Below are positions 17,808 through 27,796 of a stretch of 64,000 bases of DNA, piece after piece. The stretch's first letter is position 1; each line of letters starts with the position of its first letter. Made by a program: the position numbers and the translations under genes. The notes beneath the pieces were generated by a model, which was given only the letters and a program-made list of their open reading frames with translations, did no database searches and was not told where the DNA came from. The DNA is from Clostridiales bacterium (GTDB taxonomy: Bacteria > Bacillota > Clostridia > Lachnospirales > WQUN01). Location of the stretch: the NCBI GenBank assembly GCA_031287685.1, contig JAITSQ010000028.1:609-64608 (forward strand). Reading direction: 5' to 3'.

Positions 17808-18968
17808 TTACTCAAGCCCTGTGAATTGGCTCGCGTCATAGTAGCCGGTGTCTATTATGGCCTCTTTTACGTTGTCCTTAGTGACGGTCTTAACGTCAAG
17901 TATCTTTGAGGGAACCTCCTTCGAGCCATTGTTCTGGGTGGTGGTGGTTTCCGGGGTTTCGCCGTTTAACACCTGAGAAGCGAGCTTAATCGCCGCTTCG
18001 GTAAGCTCCCTTGTGTCCTTGAACACCGTCATAGACTGCTTGCCGTCGATGATGTACTGAACTGACGGAATTTCAACGTCCTGCCCGGTGATTTCGTAAT
18101 GCGTCACAGCCGTGTCGGCCGCGAAGGTGTCGGCGATAGAACGGGCGGTGCCGTCGTTCGGCGCGAGAATAAACACGTTGCCCTTCAGCTTCGCGTCCGC
18201 CGAGGTCAGATTGGCTTCCGCCTTAGTCTTGGCGACATTAAAATCCCAGTCCGTGGTAATCTGGCCGAGAATCTTGCCAAGCTCTTCGCGGTCAAGCTCC
18301 GCTTTGTCGGCCAGCGCCAGAGCTTCGGAGGAGTTGGCTATAACGAAAGTGCCGTCTTGAATTTTCGGCTGGAGCACGCTCCAGGCGCCGGCAAAGAAGT
18401 CGAAAGCGTTGTTGTCCGTCGCCGCGCCGCTGTAGAGGTAAAGCGGGTTGCCGTTGCCGGTGGCCTTGCTTAAGAGATATTCGCCCTGAGCCTCGCCAAC
18501 GGCCTTGGAGTCGAAACCTACATAATAATCAAGGTTTTCGGTGTTCGTAATGAGACGGTCGTAGGCTATAACGGTCGCTCCGCTCTGCTTGGCCTCGTCA
18601 ACAGCGCCGGCCGCCGCCGTGCCGTCCTGGGGGCAGATGATGATTACTTTCGCGCCGCGCCCGACAAGCGCTTCGACGTTGCTGCGCTCCGTCGCGGAGG
18701 AACCCTGCGAGAACAGAACCGAACTCGTGAAACCCGCTTGGGTCAGGCCGTTCTCAAAACGGGTCTGATCCTGAATCCAACGCGGCTCGTCCTTGGTGGG
18801 CAGGATTATGCCGACTTGAACGTCGCCGGAGGAGTTGCTCGCGTTGTTGTCCTGGGCGGGCGGATTGCCGTTGCCGCTATTCGGGTCAGCCGGGTTGCCC
18901 GCGCCCCCGCCGCAACCAACGGACAGCGCCAGAAGTGACGCCGCGACGATACTAAAGAACTTCTTCAT
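17808..18968 (-). CDS. Sugar ABC substrate-binding lipoprotein (ChvE/XylF-like)
   Basis: Lipobox LSVGC and a periplasmic-binding-protein type I fold pattern. Confidence 0.8.
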   Translation of the reverse strand: MKKFFSIVAASLLALSVGCGGGAGNPADPNSGNGNPPAQDNNASNSSGDVQVGIILPTKDEPRWIQDQTRFENGLTQAGFTSSVLFSQGSSATERSNVEALVGRGAKVIIICPQDGTAAAGAVDEAKQSGATVIAYDRLITNTENLDYYVGFDSKAVGEAQGEYLLSKATGNGNPLYLYSGAATDNNAFDFFAGAWSVLQPKIQDGTFVIANSSEALALADKAELDREELGKILGQITTDWDFNVAKTKAEANLTSADAKLKGNVFILAPNDGTARSIADTFAADTAVTHYEITGQDVEIPSVQYIIDGKQSMTVFKDTRELTEAAIKLASQVLNGETPETTTTQNNGSKEVPSKILDVKTVTKDNVKEAIIDTGYYDASQFTGLE

Positions 18969-19102
18969 TACAAAAACATCTCCTTTTAGTTTTTTGGAGC
19001 GCGCCGCAGCGCGCGCCGGTTGTCCTATTAATTATATTACAAAAATGATAAACTTACAAAACAAATTTTACAAATTCGCGAAAAATTTTTCGCTTGATTA
19101 TT

Positions 19103-20104
19103 TTACGCCTTGAGCGCCCCCTCCACGGCTACGGCCACGGCTACCGTCGCGCCGACCATCGGATTGTTACCCATACCGAGGAAGCCCATCATTTCAACGT
19201 GCGCGGGTACGGAGCTGCTTCCGGCGAACTGCGCGTCGGAGTGCATACGGCCCATCGTGTCGGTCATACCGTAAGAAGCCGGGCCGGCCGCCATATTGTC
19301 CGGGTGAAGCGTGCGGCCCGTGCCGCCGCCCGAAGCCACGGAGAAATATTTTTTGCCGAGATCGACACATTCCTTTTTATAGGTGCCCGCGACGGGGTGC
19401 TGGAAGCGCGTCGGGTTTGTGGAGTTGCCCGTAATGGACACGTCCACGCCCTCCTTATGCATAATAGCCACGCCTTCGCGCACGTCGTCCGCGCCGTAGC
19501 AGCGAACGGTTTTGCGCTCACCCTGAGAATACTCGATTTCCTTTATTATGTTCAGCTCCCCGGACATATAATCGAACTGGGTCTGTACATAAGTAAAGCC
19601 GTTTATGCGGGAGATAATCTGCGCCGCGTCCTTGCCCAGGCCGTTGAGGATAACTCGCAGAGAGGATTTCCGGCTTTTGTTGGCGTTCCGGGCTATGCCT
19701 ATCGCGCCCTCCGCCGCCGCGAAGGACTCGTGTCCCGCCAGAAAAGCGAAACACTTCGTGTCGTCGCGAAGGAGCATCGCGCCGAGGTTGCCGTGGCCAA
19801 GCCCTACTTTCCTGTCCTCCGCCACTGAACCCGGTATGCAGAAGGACTGGAGGCCTATTCCTATATCCTCCGCGGCTTCGGCGGCGCCTCCGCGAGCCTT
19901 TTTCAGCGCGATAGCCGCGCCCACGACATACGCCCAGCAGGCGTTTTCAAAGGCAATCGGCTGAATCCCTTTTGTTATATTGTAGGGATCAATCCCCTTG
20001 TCCTTGCAGATTTTTTCCGCTTCCTCAATAGAGCCGATTCCGTTCGCGGACAGGGCCGCGTTTATTTTGTCTATGCGGCGCTCGTAGCTTTCAAATAATG
20101 ACAT
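19103..20104 (-). CDS. GGGtGRT family protein (function unknown)
   Basis: Contains the eponymous SGGGTGRTLHPD motif. Confidence 0.8.
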   Translation of the reverse strand: MSLFESYERRIDKINAALSANGIGSIEEAEKICKDKGIDPYNITKGIQPIAFENACWAYVVGAAIALKKARGGAAEAAEDIGIGLQSFCIPGSVAEDRKVGLGHGNLGAMLLRDDTKCFAFLAGHESFAAAEGAIGIARNANKSRKSSLRVILNGLGKDAAQIISRINGFTYVQTQFDYMSGELNIIKEIEYSQGERKTVRCYGADDVREGVAIMHKEGVDVSITGNSTNPTRFQHPVAGTYKKECVDLGKKYFSVASGGGTGRTLHPDNMAAGPASYGMTDTMGRMHSDAQFAGSSSVPAHVEMMGFLGMGNNPMVGATVAVAVAVEGALKA

Positions 20105-20121
20105 TTTAAGCCGCCCCCTTT

Positions 20122-20823
20122 CTACTGGTGACGCGGGTCGATATATTTTACCGCCCCGTCGGCTTCTGTGAAACGACCGTACTTGCTCGTGGCCGCTTTG
20201 AGCGCTTCGTTCGCGTCCGTACCTTTTTTAATGGCCTCCATGGCCTTGCCCAGGTGAATAAATTCATAGCCTATAACAAGGTCGCCGGAGTCGAGCGCCA
20301 GGCGGGTCACGTAACCCTCCGCCATTTCAAGGTAACGCGCGCCCTTGGCTTTCGTCCCGAACATAGTGCCTACTTGGGAGCGCAGGCCCTTGCCCAAATC
20401 CTCAAGCCCCGCGCCGATAGGCAGCCCGCCTTCGGAAAACGCCGTCTGCGAGCGCCCGTAGACGATTTGCAGGAAAAGCTCCCTCATAGCGACGTTTATC
20501 GCGTCGCACACAAGGTCGGTGTTCAGCGCCTCAAGGAGCGTCTTGCCGGGCAGAATCTCCGCCGCCATAGCCGCCGAGTGAGTCATGCCCGAACAGCCGA
20601 TGGTCTCTACAAGGGCCTCCTCGATTATGCCGTCCTTGACGTTGAGCGTCAGCTTGCACGCGCCCTGCTGCGGCGCGCACCAGCCCACGCCGTGCGTCAG
20701 CCCGCTGATGTCCTTGTTTTCCTTAACCTGGACCCACCTGCCCTCTTCGGGTATGGGCGCGGGCCCGTGGTACGCGCCCTTTGCTACAGGGCACATATGT
20801 TCTACTTCCGCGGAATACATCAT
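20122..20823 (-). CDS. NifU/IscU-N-terminal-like scaffold-domain protein
   Basis: GWCAPQQGACKLTL...ETIGCSGMTHSAAMAAE resembles an IscU-type Cys arrangement. Confidence 0.6.
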   Translation of the reverse strand: MMYSAEVEHMCPVAKGAYHGPAPIPEEGRWVQVKENKDISGLTHGVGWCAPQQGACKLTLNVKDGIIEEALVETIGCSGMTHSAAMAAEILPGKTLLEALNTDLVCDAINVAMRELFLQIVYGRSQTAFSEGGLPIGAGLEDLGKGLRSQVGTMFGTKAKGARYLEMAEGYVTRLALDSGDLVIGYEFIHLGKAMEAIKKGTDANEALKAATSKYGRFTEADGAVKYIDPRHQ

Positions 20824-20961
20824 TCCGTATATCCCCCCAGTTTATAGAATTTATGAAGCGGCGCAATCCCGCTTTTTTTATTGTAACGCTAATGACACAT
20901 AAAGTCAATAAAAAAATCGCGGATTCGGCGCGATTTTTAACTGAAATCTATTTTCCTTTAG

Positions 20962-21612
20962 TCATCTCGGCGTTTTCCTTGACTCGTCCAAAAATTTCAG
21001 CGGCTGAGCTATCGCCGGAACTATTATGAATCCCGAAATCGCCTCCGGCACGCCGTTCGTCACGGCTATTCCAAGGAGCAGGGCGCGCGCGGCGGCGGAG
21101 TCCGGATAGCCGTTCCGCGCCCAGACTGAGCTGCCCCTGTGCAGTAAATATATCCCGCCAAGGACGAATACCGTGTTTATAACCGCGCCCGCCGCGCCGC
21201 ACAGCGAGTACGCCAGGGCGCGCTTCACGGACGGGCCGCCCGGAAAAGGCTTCATTATAAAGTTAAAAAACCCGCACAGGTACGCGGGGGCCAGGCCCAC
21301 AACGGCGCGGGGCACGACCGACACGAGCGGGTCTCGCATAAGCGGCGTGAGCAGGCCCGTCGGCGCGACAATGGCTCGGGTCATCGAGAGAAGCCCCCAA
21401 ATAAGCCCGAGGACGACCCCCACCGGCGCGCCGTAAACAAGCGAGCCGGCGATAACCGTGATGTGTATCAGCGTAATGCTCAAAGGCCCGATAGTTATGT
21501 ATCCCCAACCGGGCACGGCGGTCTGTATTATTATTATGGCGACAAATACGCCAAGCACGGATATTTTGCGTATTTTAGAAGCCGATGCGTCCCGCGTCAT
21601 TTTTAGAATCAA
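20962..21612 (-). CDS. ECF-transporter S-component-like membrane protein (substrate unknown)
   Basis: About 6 TM segments, ~200 aa, with an S-component-like N-terminus ([18 protein letters not shown]). Confidence 0.5.
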   Translation of the reverse strand: MILKMTRDASASKIRKISVLGVFVAIIIIQTAVPGWGYITIGPLSITLIHITVIAGSLVYGAPVGVVLGLIWGLLSMTRAIVAPTGLLTPLMRDPLVSVVPRAVVGLAPAYLCGFFNFIMKPFPGGPSVKRALAYSLCGAAGAVINTVFVLGGIYLLHRGSSVWARNGYPDSAAARALLLGIAVTNGVPEAISGFIIVPAIAQPLKFLDESRKTPR

Positions 21613-22220
21613 CCCTTTTTGTTTTTTGAATAGGACTCCGCCATATACTGAGCTTTATAGGCCTGTACTTTCGGGACGTAAGCCCGCGTTTCCTCGTAAG
21701 GCGGCACCCCGCCGTATTTATCGACCGCGCCCGGCCCGGCGTTATACGCCGCCAGCGCCTTAGACTCGTCGCCGTTAAAACGAAGCAGCATTTCATAAAG
21801 ATAATGCGAACCGCCGTCAACATTCTGAAATACGTTGTATGAATCGACCACGCCAAGCCCCTCCGCCGTCCCCGGCATAAGCTGCATAAGCCCCCGCGCG
21901 CCGGCGGGCGACGACGCGTCCGGATTCCCGCCGCTTTCCTGTTTTATAACGGCGCGGATCAAGTTTTCGTCAAGGCCGTACTTTTGGGCGGAGGTCTTTA
22001 CGGCCACGTCGATCGCGCTTTTAAGACCCTCGTCGGAGCTGTCTCCATTGAGGTAATTCAGCAGGATTTTATTAAACTCCGGGTTTTGCGCCCCGGCCCC
22101 TGCGCCCTGTTCGGTCTTAGCCTTGGGCTTGAGCTTGGAAACATAAAAATCCGGCGGCGCGTAAACGCCGCTGAAATCCTTCATTATGTCGTTATAAATA
22201 GAAGAAGCAAGAGAATCCAT
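21609..22220 (-). CDS. Lytic transglycosylase (SLT domain)
   Basis: Motifs IKQESGGNP and [13 protein letters not shown]. Confidence 0.85.
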   Translation of the reverse strand: MDSLASSIYNDIMKDFSGVYAPPDFYVSKLKPKAKTEQGAGAGAQNPEFNKILLNYLNGDSSDEGLKSAIDVAVKTSAQKYGLDENLIRAVIKQESGGNPDASSPAGARGLMQLMPGTAEGLGVVDSYNVFQNVDGGSHYLYEMLLRFNGDESKALAAYNAGPGAVDKYGGVPPYEETRAYVPKVQAYKAQYMAESYSKNKKG

Positions 22221-22258
22221 CGTTTACCCTCCGCGAACCGCGAGTAGTATAATAAGTC

Positions 22259-22363
22259 ATACTAACCTCAGATTAAAAAGGAGACAAACGAGCGCTGCAA
22301 AACGCCAGAGGGCGTTTTGCGTTTTAAGCGAAGTTTGACGACTATTTTAATCGGGATTAGTAT
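22259..22363. repeat. Family C repeat, copy C2 (uninterrupted)
   Basis: Termini ATACTAACCTCAGATT and AATCGGGATTAGTAT; internal hairpin GCAAAACGCC-AGAG-GGCGTTTTGC. Confidence 0.8.
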
Positions 22364-22395
22364 CTGCTTAATTATAGCACGGAAAGCCCCGTTTG

Positions 22396-22863
22396 TCAAG
22401 CGCGAAAACAAAAAAACCGCGGCGGCGGGGCTTTCTCCCTTATCCTTCCGAATATCGCAACCGAGTTTTTGGTTGGGTCGGCGTACATAGCCCGATATGT
22501 GTGCCGCGCGCTGAACGGAGGGTTGCCCGTTTTATTGCCTGTTGTAATCCCGTTATGGGCGCTTCCGCCGTCGGGCGCGACGTCGTCTCCATCCATTTGG
22601 TGCTCGTAGCACCCAGCTTGGTCAAAATCAAGATAAGGCCCGCCGAGCTTGGAGTTCGCGGTATCTCCGACTACATAATAATAATCGGCGCCGGCCAGTA
22701 TTTTGTAATTCTTAAAACCGTCGCCGCCGTAGTTAAAAGTCTGAGTCGCGTGGAGCTGTTCGATTGTGGCTTTCGGCGGCTCTATCGCGTCCGCGGCTTC
22801 CTCCGCGCCGGAATATGACGAGTCCTCGCCGACACGCTCGCTTAAGAATTTTTTGTTTTTCAT
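22396..22863 (-). CDS. Hypothetical protein
   Basis: ORF only; start taken at MKNKKFL (22863). No motif recognised. Confidence 0.45.
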   Translation of the reverse strand: MKNKKFLSERVGEDSSYSGAEEAADAIEPPKATIEQLHATQTFNYGGDGFKNYKILAGADYYYVVGDTANSKLGGPYLDFDQAGCYEHQMDGDDVAPDGGSAHNGITTGNKTGNPPFSARHTYRAMYADPTKNSVAIFGRIREKAPPPRFFCFRA

Positions 22864-23086
22864 TACGAAAAACCCTTTTTCCAAGTTCGCAATATTATAA
22901 GCTCGCGTAGCTTTATATCGCGCACTCATAGTATCCATAATTATTATAAGGCGGACTATACAATCCGTCAACCGGCGTAACGGTTTTGCAATATAAATTC
23001 CCCCTTGCCCGCTCCGCCATTTTATGTTAAAATATGAAGGAATATAATTTCGGAACGCAAAAGATATTTAATCAGGAGGAGTTTTT

Positions 23087-24025
23087 ATGGGTAAAGTGGA
23101 AATCACGCGGGACGTCTGCCCCGTATTCGGCAAGCGCGTAAAACTGACCAACGGCGTCGTGGAACTGGCGGCTTCGCTTGAGTTCGGGCCGCGCGTCCTT
23201 TCTTTCAGTCTTTGCGGCAAGGAAAATATGCTGTATAACGACAAAGATAAAAAGACGCTCGGCGATAAGTTCGACATATACGGCGGGGACCAGATACGCC
23301 TTTGCGGCGGGCACAGGATTTGGATAAGCCCGGAGGTGATGCCCCGGTGCTATCACCCCGACAACAAGCCCGTCGAGTGCGTGGAAATTGAGGACGGCCT
23401 TGAGCTTCGAGGCGCGGTCGAGGAAAAAAACAATATCCAGAAAATTATGGTCGTCAAGATGGACGAAAACTCCCCCCGCGTGTCTTTGCGCCATATCATT
23501 CGGAACACCGGGCTGTGGGACGTGGAGTTCGCCCCGTGGTGCATCACTATGATGGCGCCGGGCGGCAAGACCGTTATCCCTATGAGCACGGAAAAGACGG
23601 GCGCGCTCCCGAACCGTTACCTTACCCTTTGGGATTATTCCGATATGTCCGACCCGCGCGTAAACTGGGGCAAAGAATTTATCACGATTAAGCAGGACGA
23701 GTCTATGGCGAACCCCTTCAAAGTCGGCCTGAGCAACGACAAGGGCTGGGCGGCTTATTTCAACCGGGGCCAGGTTTTCCTGAAATTTTTCGAGCCGGAC
23801 TCCGTGTTGGGCAACTATCCCGACAACGGCTGCACCTACGAAAGCTACACGAACGATTTTATGCTTGAAATGGAAACTTTAGGAGAAATTATGCTAGTCT
23901 CCCCCGACGAGGAAGCGGAAATCACCGAGGAATGGGAGATTTACGAGGCCCCCGAGGCCCCCTCCGACGACGGCGAGGCTATAAAGGCCGCGCTGAAAAA
24001 TAAGATTGACTTTAACCAAACGTGA
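23087..24025 (+). CDS. Conserved hypothetical protein, possibly mutarotase-like beta-sandwich (DUF4380-like)
   Basis: AGGAGGAG SD and clean coding signal. The family assignment is only a recollection-level guess. Confidence 0.55.
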   Translation: MGKVEITRDVCPVFGKRVKLTNGVVELAASLEFGPRVLSFSLCGKENMLYNDKDKKTLGDKFDIYGGDQIRLCGGHRIWISPEVMPRCYHPDNKPVECVEIEDGLELRGAVEEKNNIQKIMVVKMDENSPRVSLRHIIRNTGLWDVEFAPWCITMMAPGGKTVIPMSTEKTGALPNRYLTLWDYSDMSDPRVNWGKEFITIKQDESMANPFKVGLSNDKGWAAYFNRGQVFLKFFEPDSVLGNYPDNGCTYESYTNDFMLEMETLGEIMLVSPDEEAEITEEWEIYEAPEAPSDDGEAIKAALKNKIDFNQT

Positions 24026-24152
24026 TAAATATAACGCCAGCAAGCGGCGATACCCGCCGGCGGGGCCTCCCCCCGCCGTACATACCGGCCGCGGCCGTTT
24101 AACGTAAAACCGGCCGTACCGCGACGTCTCAGGTTAAGCGAGGGCTTTATTA

Positions 24153-25772
24153 ATGAAAACCAAAAGCAATAAAAAATACATTTTTGTCACGGGAGGCGTG
24201 GTGTCCGGCCTTGGCAAGGGGATTACCGCCGCGTCTCTGGGGAATCTGCTCAAGGCGCGCGGCCTCTCGGTGACAATCCAGAAATTCGACCCGTATCTTA
24301 ACGCGGACCCCGGCACAATGAGCCCCTATCAGCACGGGGAGGTTTTCGTGACGGAGGACGGCGCGGAGACTGACCTTGACCTTGGGCACTACGAACGGTT
24401 CGTCGATGAAAATCTTACCGTCAACAGCAACGTCACGAGCGGCAAGATTTACTGGAGCGTTATTAATAAGGAAAGAAAAGGCGACTACCTCGGCAGCACG
24501 GTGCAGGTTATCCCGCACGTGACCGACGCGATAAAGGAGCGCATTTACTTCACGGGGAAGTCTTTCGGCTCCGATATTGTCATTACTGAAATCGGCGGCA
24601 CCGTGGGAGACATCGAAAGCCTGCCTTTCCTTGAGGCCATACGCCAAGTCTCGCAGGACGTGGGCAAGGAGAACGCGCTTTATATTCACGTGACGCTTAT
24701 CCCCTACCTCTCCAGGTCCGAGGAAATGAAAACGAAGCCGACCCAGCACTCCGTAAAGGAGCTGCTCTCCATAGGGATTCAGCCGGACATCATAGTCTGC
24801 CGGACGGAAAAGCCTATGAGTGAGGAAATGAAGGATAAGCTGACGCTTTTCTGCAACCTGAAGCCCGGCTGCATAATCCAGAATCCTGACTGCGACGTGC
24901 TTTACGAGGTGCCGCTCATTTTGGAACGGGAAAACTTCGCCCAGCGCGTGTGCGCCCTGCTCAGCCTGCCGTGCGCGGAGCCGGACCTTACCGAATGGAC
25001 GGAGCTTGTGTCCGTCTGCAAGAATTTAAGCCGGGAGGTCAGCATTGCCATAGTCGGCAAATACGTTGAGCTTCACGATGCGTATCTTTCAATCGTCGAG
25101 TCGCTTTCCCACGCGGGAATAGCCAACGGCTCGGCGGTAAAAGTGAAATGGGTTAACTCGGAGGAGATTGACGCGAGCAACGCCGCCGCCTGTCTGGAGG
25201 ACGTTTCGGGCGTTATAGTCCCCGGAGGGTTCGGCAACCGCGGCATAGACGGCAAAATCGCGGCCATAAATTACGCGCGGACGAACAACGTCCCGTTTTT
25301 AGGAATCTGCCTTGGTATGCAGCTCGCCGTGGTGGAGTACGCGCGAAACGCCGTGAACCTGCCGGACGCTCATTCCGCTGAAATTAAGCCGGACGCGCGG
25401 AATACCGTCATAGACATAATGCCGGAGCAGATAACCGTTGAGGATTTGGGCGGCACTATGCGGCTCGGCGCGTACCCCTGCCGCGTCGCCAAAGACACGA
25501 AAGCGTGGGCGGTCTACGGAGAGGACATTATTTTCGAGCGCCACCGCCACAGATACGAGTTTAACAACGTATACCGGAAAGATTTAAGCGACGGAAACTT
25601 CACCTTCGCGGGGCTTTCGCCCGACGGGCGGCTTGTGGAGATTATAGAACTGCGCGGTCATCCGTTTTTTATCGGCGTTCAGTTTCACCCGGAGTTTAAG
25701 TCCCGCCCGAATAAGCCGCACCCGCTTTTTAAAGCGCTTGTGTCCTCCGCTCTGGCTTTCCGCGGAAATTAA
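24153..25772 (+). CDS. pyrG: CTP synthase
   Basis: Motifs [23 protein letters not shown] and HRHRYEFN. Confidence 0.97.
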   Translation: MKTKSNKKYIFVTGGVVSGLGKGITAASLGNLLKARGLSVTIQKFDPYLNADPGTMSPYQHGEVFVTEDGAETDLDLGHYERFVDENLTVNSNVTSGKIYWSVINKERKGDYLGSTVQVIPHVTDAIKERIYFTGKSFGSDIVITEIGGTVGDIESLPFLEAIRQVSQDVGKENALYIHVTLIPYLSRSEEMKTKPTQHSVKELLSIGIQPDIIVCRTEKPMSEEMKDKLTLFCNLKPGCIIQNPDCDVLYEVPLILERENFAQRVCALLSLPCAEPDLTEWTELVSVCKNLSREVSIAIVGKYVELHDAYLSIVESLSHAGIANGSAVKVKWVNSEEIDASNAAACLEDVSGVIVPGGFGNRGIDGKIAAINYARTNNVPFLGICLGMQLAVVEYARNAVNLPDAHSAEIKPDARNTVIDIMPEQITVEDLGGTMRLGAYPCRVAKDTKAWAVYGEDIIFERHRHRYEFNNVYRKDLSDGNFTFAGLSPDGRLVEIIELRGHPFFIGVQFHPEFKSRPNKPHPLFKALVSSALAFRGN

Positions 25773-25811
25773 AAATAGGTATTCCGTTTTTGTGAAAGTT
25801 GGTGTATAATT

Positions 25812-26360
25812 ATGATTGAAATTCTTTATCCCGATATGTACGTGACTTCAGTATATTCCGTACCTTACAGGCGGCTTCGCCGGCGCGGGATAGACACGCT
25901 GTTTTTTGATGTGGACAACACTCTTGTGCCGCACGACGTAAAGCGGCCGACTAAGCGAGTCGCCGCGCTCTTCCGCCGCCTTACGGAAATGGGCTTTAAG
26001 ATATGCGTCGTCAGCAACGGGCGCAGGGGCAGAGTCGAGCGGTTCGTGTCGCTCCTGCCGCCGATTGCCGGATATGTTTATTTCGCGGTGAAACCCTTGT
26101 TTTACGGCGTTAAGAAGGCCTGCCGAATTACGGCGGCAAGCCCCCGCAGCATAGCGATTATAGGAGACCAGGTTTTTACGGACGTTCTCGCGGGCAGGCG
26201 AGCGGGTTTTTTCTCGGTTCTGGTGCGGCCCGTCTCGGAGCGGGACGAACTTACGACCGCGCTTAAACGCCCCGTTGAAAGAATCGTCATAAAAAAATAC
26301 AGAAGATCGAAACGGCGGCGGAAAAACGCGTTGATTTTTGACAGATACCTGCGCGCTTAA
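25812..26360 (+). CDS. yqeG: YqeG-family HAD phosphatase
   Basis: Motifs FFDVDNTLV, VVSNG and GDQVFTDV. Confidence 0.8.
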   Translation: MIEILYPDMYVTSVYSVPYRRLRRRGIDTLFFDVDNTLVPHDVKRPTKRVAALFRRLTEMGFKICVVSNGRRGRVERFVSLLPPIAGYVYFAVKPLFYGVKKACRITAASPRSIAIIGDQVFTDVLAGRRAGFFSVLVRPVSERDELTTALKRPVERIVIKKYRRSKRRRKNALIFDRYLRA

Positions 26361-26392
26361 AAACAAAATCTCTGGCAAAAGGGGTACTTTCG

Positions 26393-26677
26393 ATGGCGGA
26401 ACAAAAGGAAACGGTAAAAAATTACATGCGGGACTGCGTTAACGACGTTTTGAACGTGGTGATGGAAAAGGTGAGCTGCTGCAGCTGCGAGAAATGCCGT
26501 ATGGACGTGATAGCTATGGCGCTTAATGCCCTGCCGCCGAAATATATAGTGACGAAAAAGGGGGAGCTTTACAGCAAGCTCTCGAAGCTCCAGCAGCAGT
26601 TTGAGGTTGACGTGATGCGAGAGGTGGCCCGCGCGGCGGAGCTTGTGTCGAAAAGGCCCCGGCACGGCGATTCATAA
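26393..26677 (+). CDS. ComFB-family protein
   Basis: Motifs CCSCEKCRMDVIAMALNALPPKY. Confidence 0.7.
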   Translation: MAEQKETVKNYMRDCVNDVLNVVMEKVSCCSCEKCRMDVIAMALNALPPKYIVTKKGELYSKLSKLQQQFEVDVMREVARAAELVSKRPRHGDS

Positions 26678-26719
26678 CTTATTAAAAATGATTAAAATAT
26701 ATTTTCTTGGAGGATTTTT

Positions 26720-27283
26720 ATGATTTCCGCAAGCGAGTTTAGAAACGGCGTAACTGTAGGCATAGACGGCGATATTTTCACCGTCATAGAGTTTCAGCAC
26801 GTCAAACCCGGCAAGGGAGCGGCTTTCGTGCGCACGAAGCTCAAGAACATAATCACGGGCGCGGTTATTGAGCGCACCTTCCGCCCGACGGAAAAGGTTG
26901 AGCGCGCCCAGATTGACCGCAAGGATATGCAGTACCTTTACAAGGACGGCGAGCTGTTTCATTTTATGGACAACGAGTCCTTCGAGCAGATTGCCGTTTC
27001 CGCCGGGGATGTGGGCGATTCGCTCAAATTCGTCAAGGAAAACGAGACCGTTAAGGTGCTTTCTCACGAAAGCAAGGTTTTCGGCATAGAGCCGCAGTTA
27101 ATCGTGGAGCTTGAAATAACCGAGACCGAGCCGGGCTTCAAGGGGGACACCTCCACCGGCGCGTCCAAACCCGCCACCCTTGAGACCGGCGCCCAGATAA
27201 ACGTGCCGCTGTTCCTGTCCGTCGGCGAAAAAATCAAAATTGACACAAGAACGGGAGAATACGTCGGCAGGGCGCAGTCCTAG
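26720..27283 (+). CDS. efp: Elongation factor P
   Basis: Motifs [19 protein letters not shown]. Confidence 0.97.
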   Translation: MISASEFRNGVTVGIDGDIFTVIEFQHVKPGKGAAFVRTKLKNIITGAVIERTFRPTEKVERAQIDRKDMQYLYKDGELFHFMDNESFEQIAVSAGDVGDSLKFVKENETVKVLSHESKVFGIEPQLIVELEITETEPGFKGDTSTGASKPATLETGAQINVPLFLSVGEKIKIDTRTGEYVGRAQS

Positions 27284-27328
27284 CTTAGGCTTAACTTATC
27301 TTAACATTCGCTTTTTAATTGTAAACTA

Positions 27329-27358
27329 TTGACGACCCTATGACTTACGTGTTATACT
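27329..27358 (+). promoter_or_regulatory. Promoter TTGACG-18 nt-TATACT with TG extension
   Basis: Hexamers at 27329-27334 and 27353-27358; TG at 27350-27351. Confidence 0.5.
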
Positions 27359-27394
27359 TACTTATCCGCGCAAGCAATACGCGGGCTGACGACA

Positions 27395-27650
27395 ACTGAA
27401 TATTCGCGCTTTTTGCGCCGGGGAGGCTTCCGCTTTAGGCGATGCCCCGCTCGGTGGGGAAATGGAATCCGGTGAAAATCCGGAGCGTGTGCGGCTGAAA
27501 AGCCAATCACCGACGCCGTGAGCGCATTGAGGCCGCAAGCCGAGGCGAAAGCCGGTCACTGTTCCTCCTTGGAATGGGAAGGCTGGGTTGCGGACGCGGA
27601 AATCCTCTTGGATTTCCGGAATTGCGTAAGCCGGAAGACGAGCAGGGGGC
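27395..27650 (+). promoter_or_regulatory. Cobalamin riboswitch (aptamer)
   Basis: GGGGAAATGGAATCCGGTGAAAATCCGGAGC, B12-box-like GGTCACTG...GGGAAGGC and 3' AAGCCGGAAGACGAGCAGG. Confidence 0.75.
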
Positions 27651-27658
27651 GTTATCCG

Positions 27659-27690
27659 CGCGGGGCGTTTCCGCTCCGGATTTTTTTACG
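27659..27690 (+). terminator. Riboswitch expression-platform terminator
   Basis: CGGGGCG-TTTC-CGCTCCG stem (one G-U pair) followed by GATTTTTTT. Confidence 0.55.
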
Positions 27691-27796
27691 CACCCGCGTT
27701 GGTTAAATGTTTATGGGAATACGGCCATTGACGACTTTTGTGTTGTCGTGGCCTTTTATATTGCGTCCGCGGAAAACGACCTACAGGAGGGGTTTT

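Noticed and set aside
27707-27796. Upstream extension of the SLH protein ORF (track start 27707).
   Set aside because: It begins right after the riboswitch terminator and has no SD. The hydrophobic signal peptide begins at ATG 27797, which is preceded by AGGAGG.
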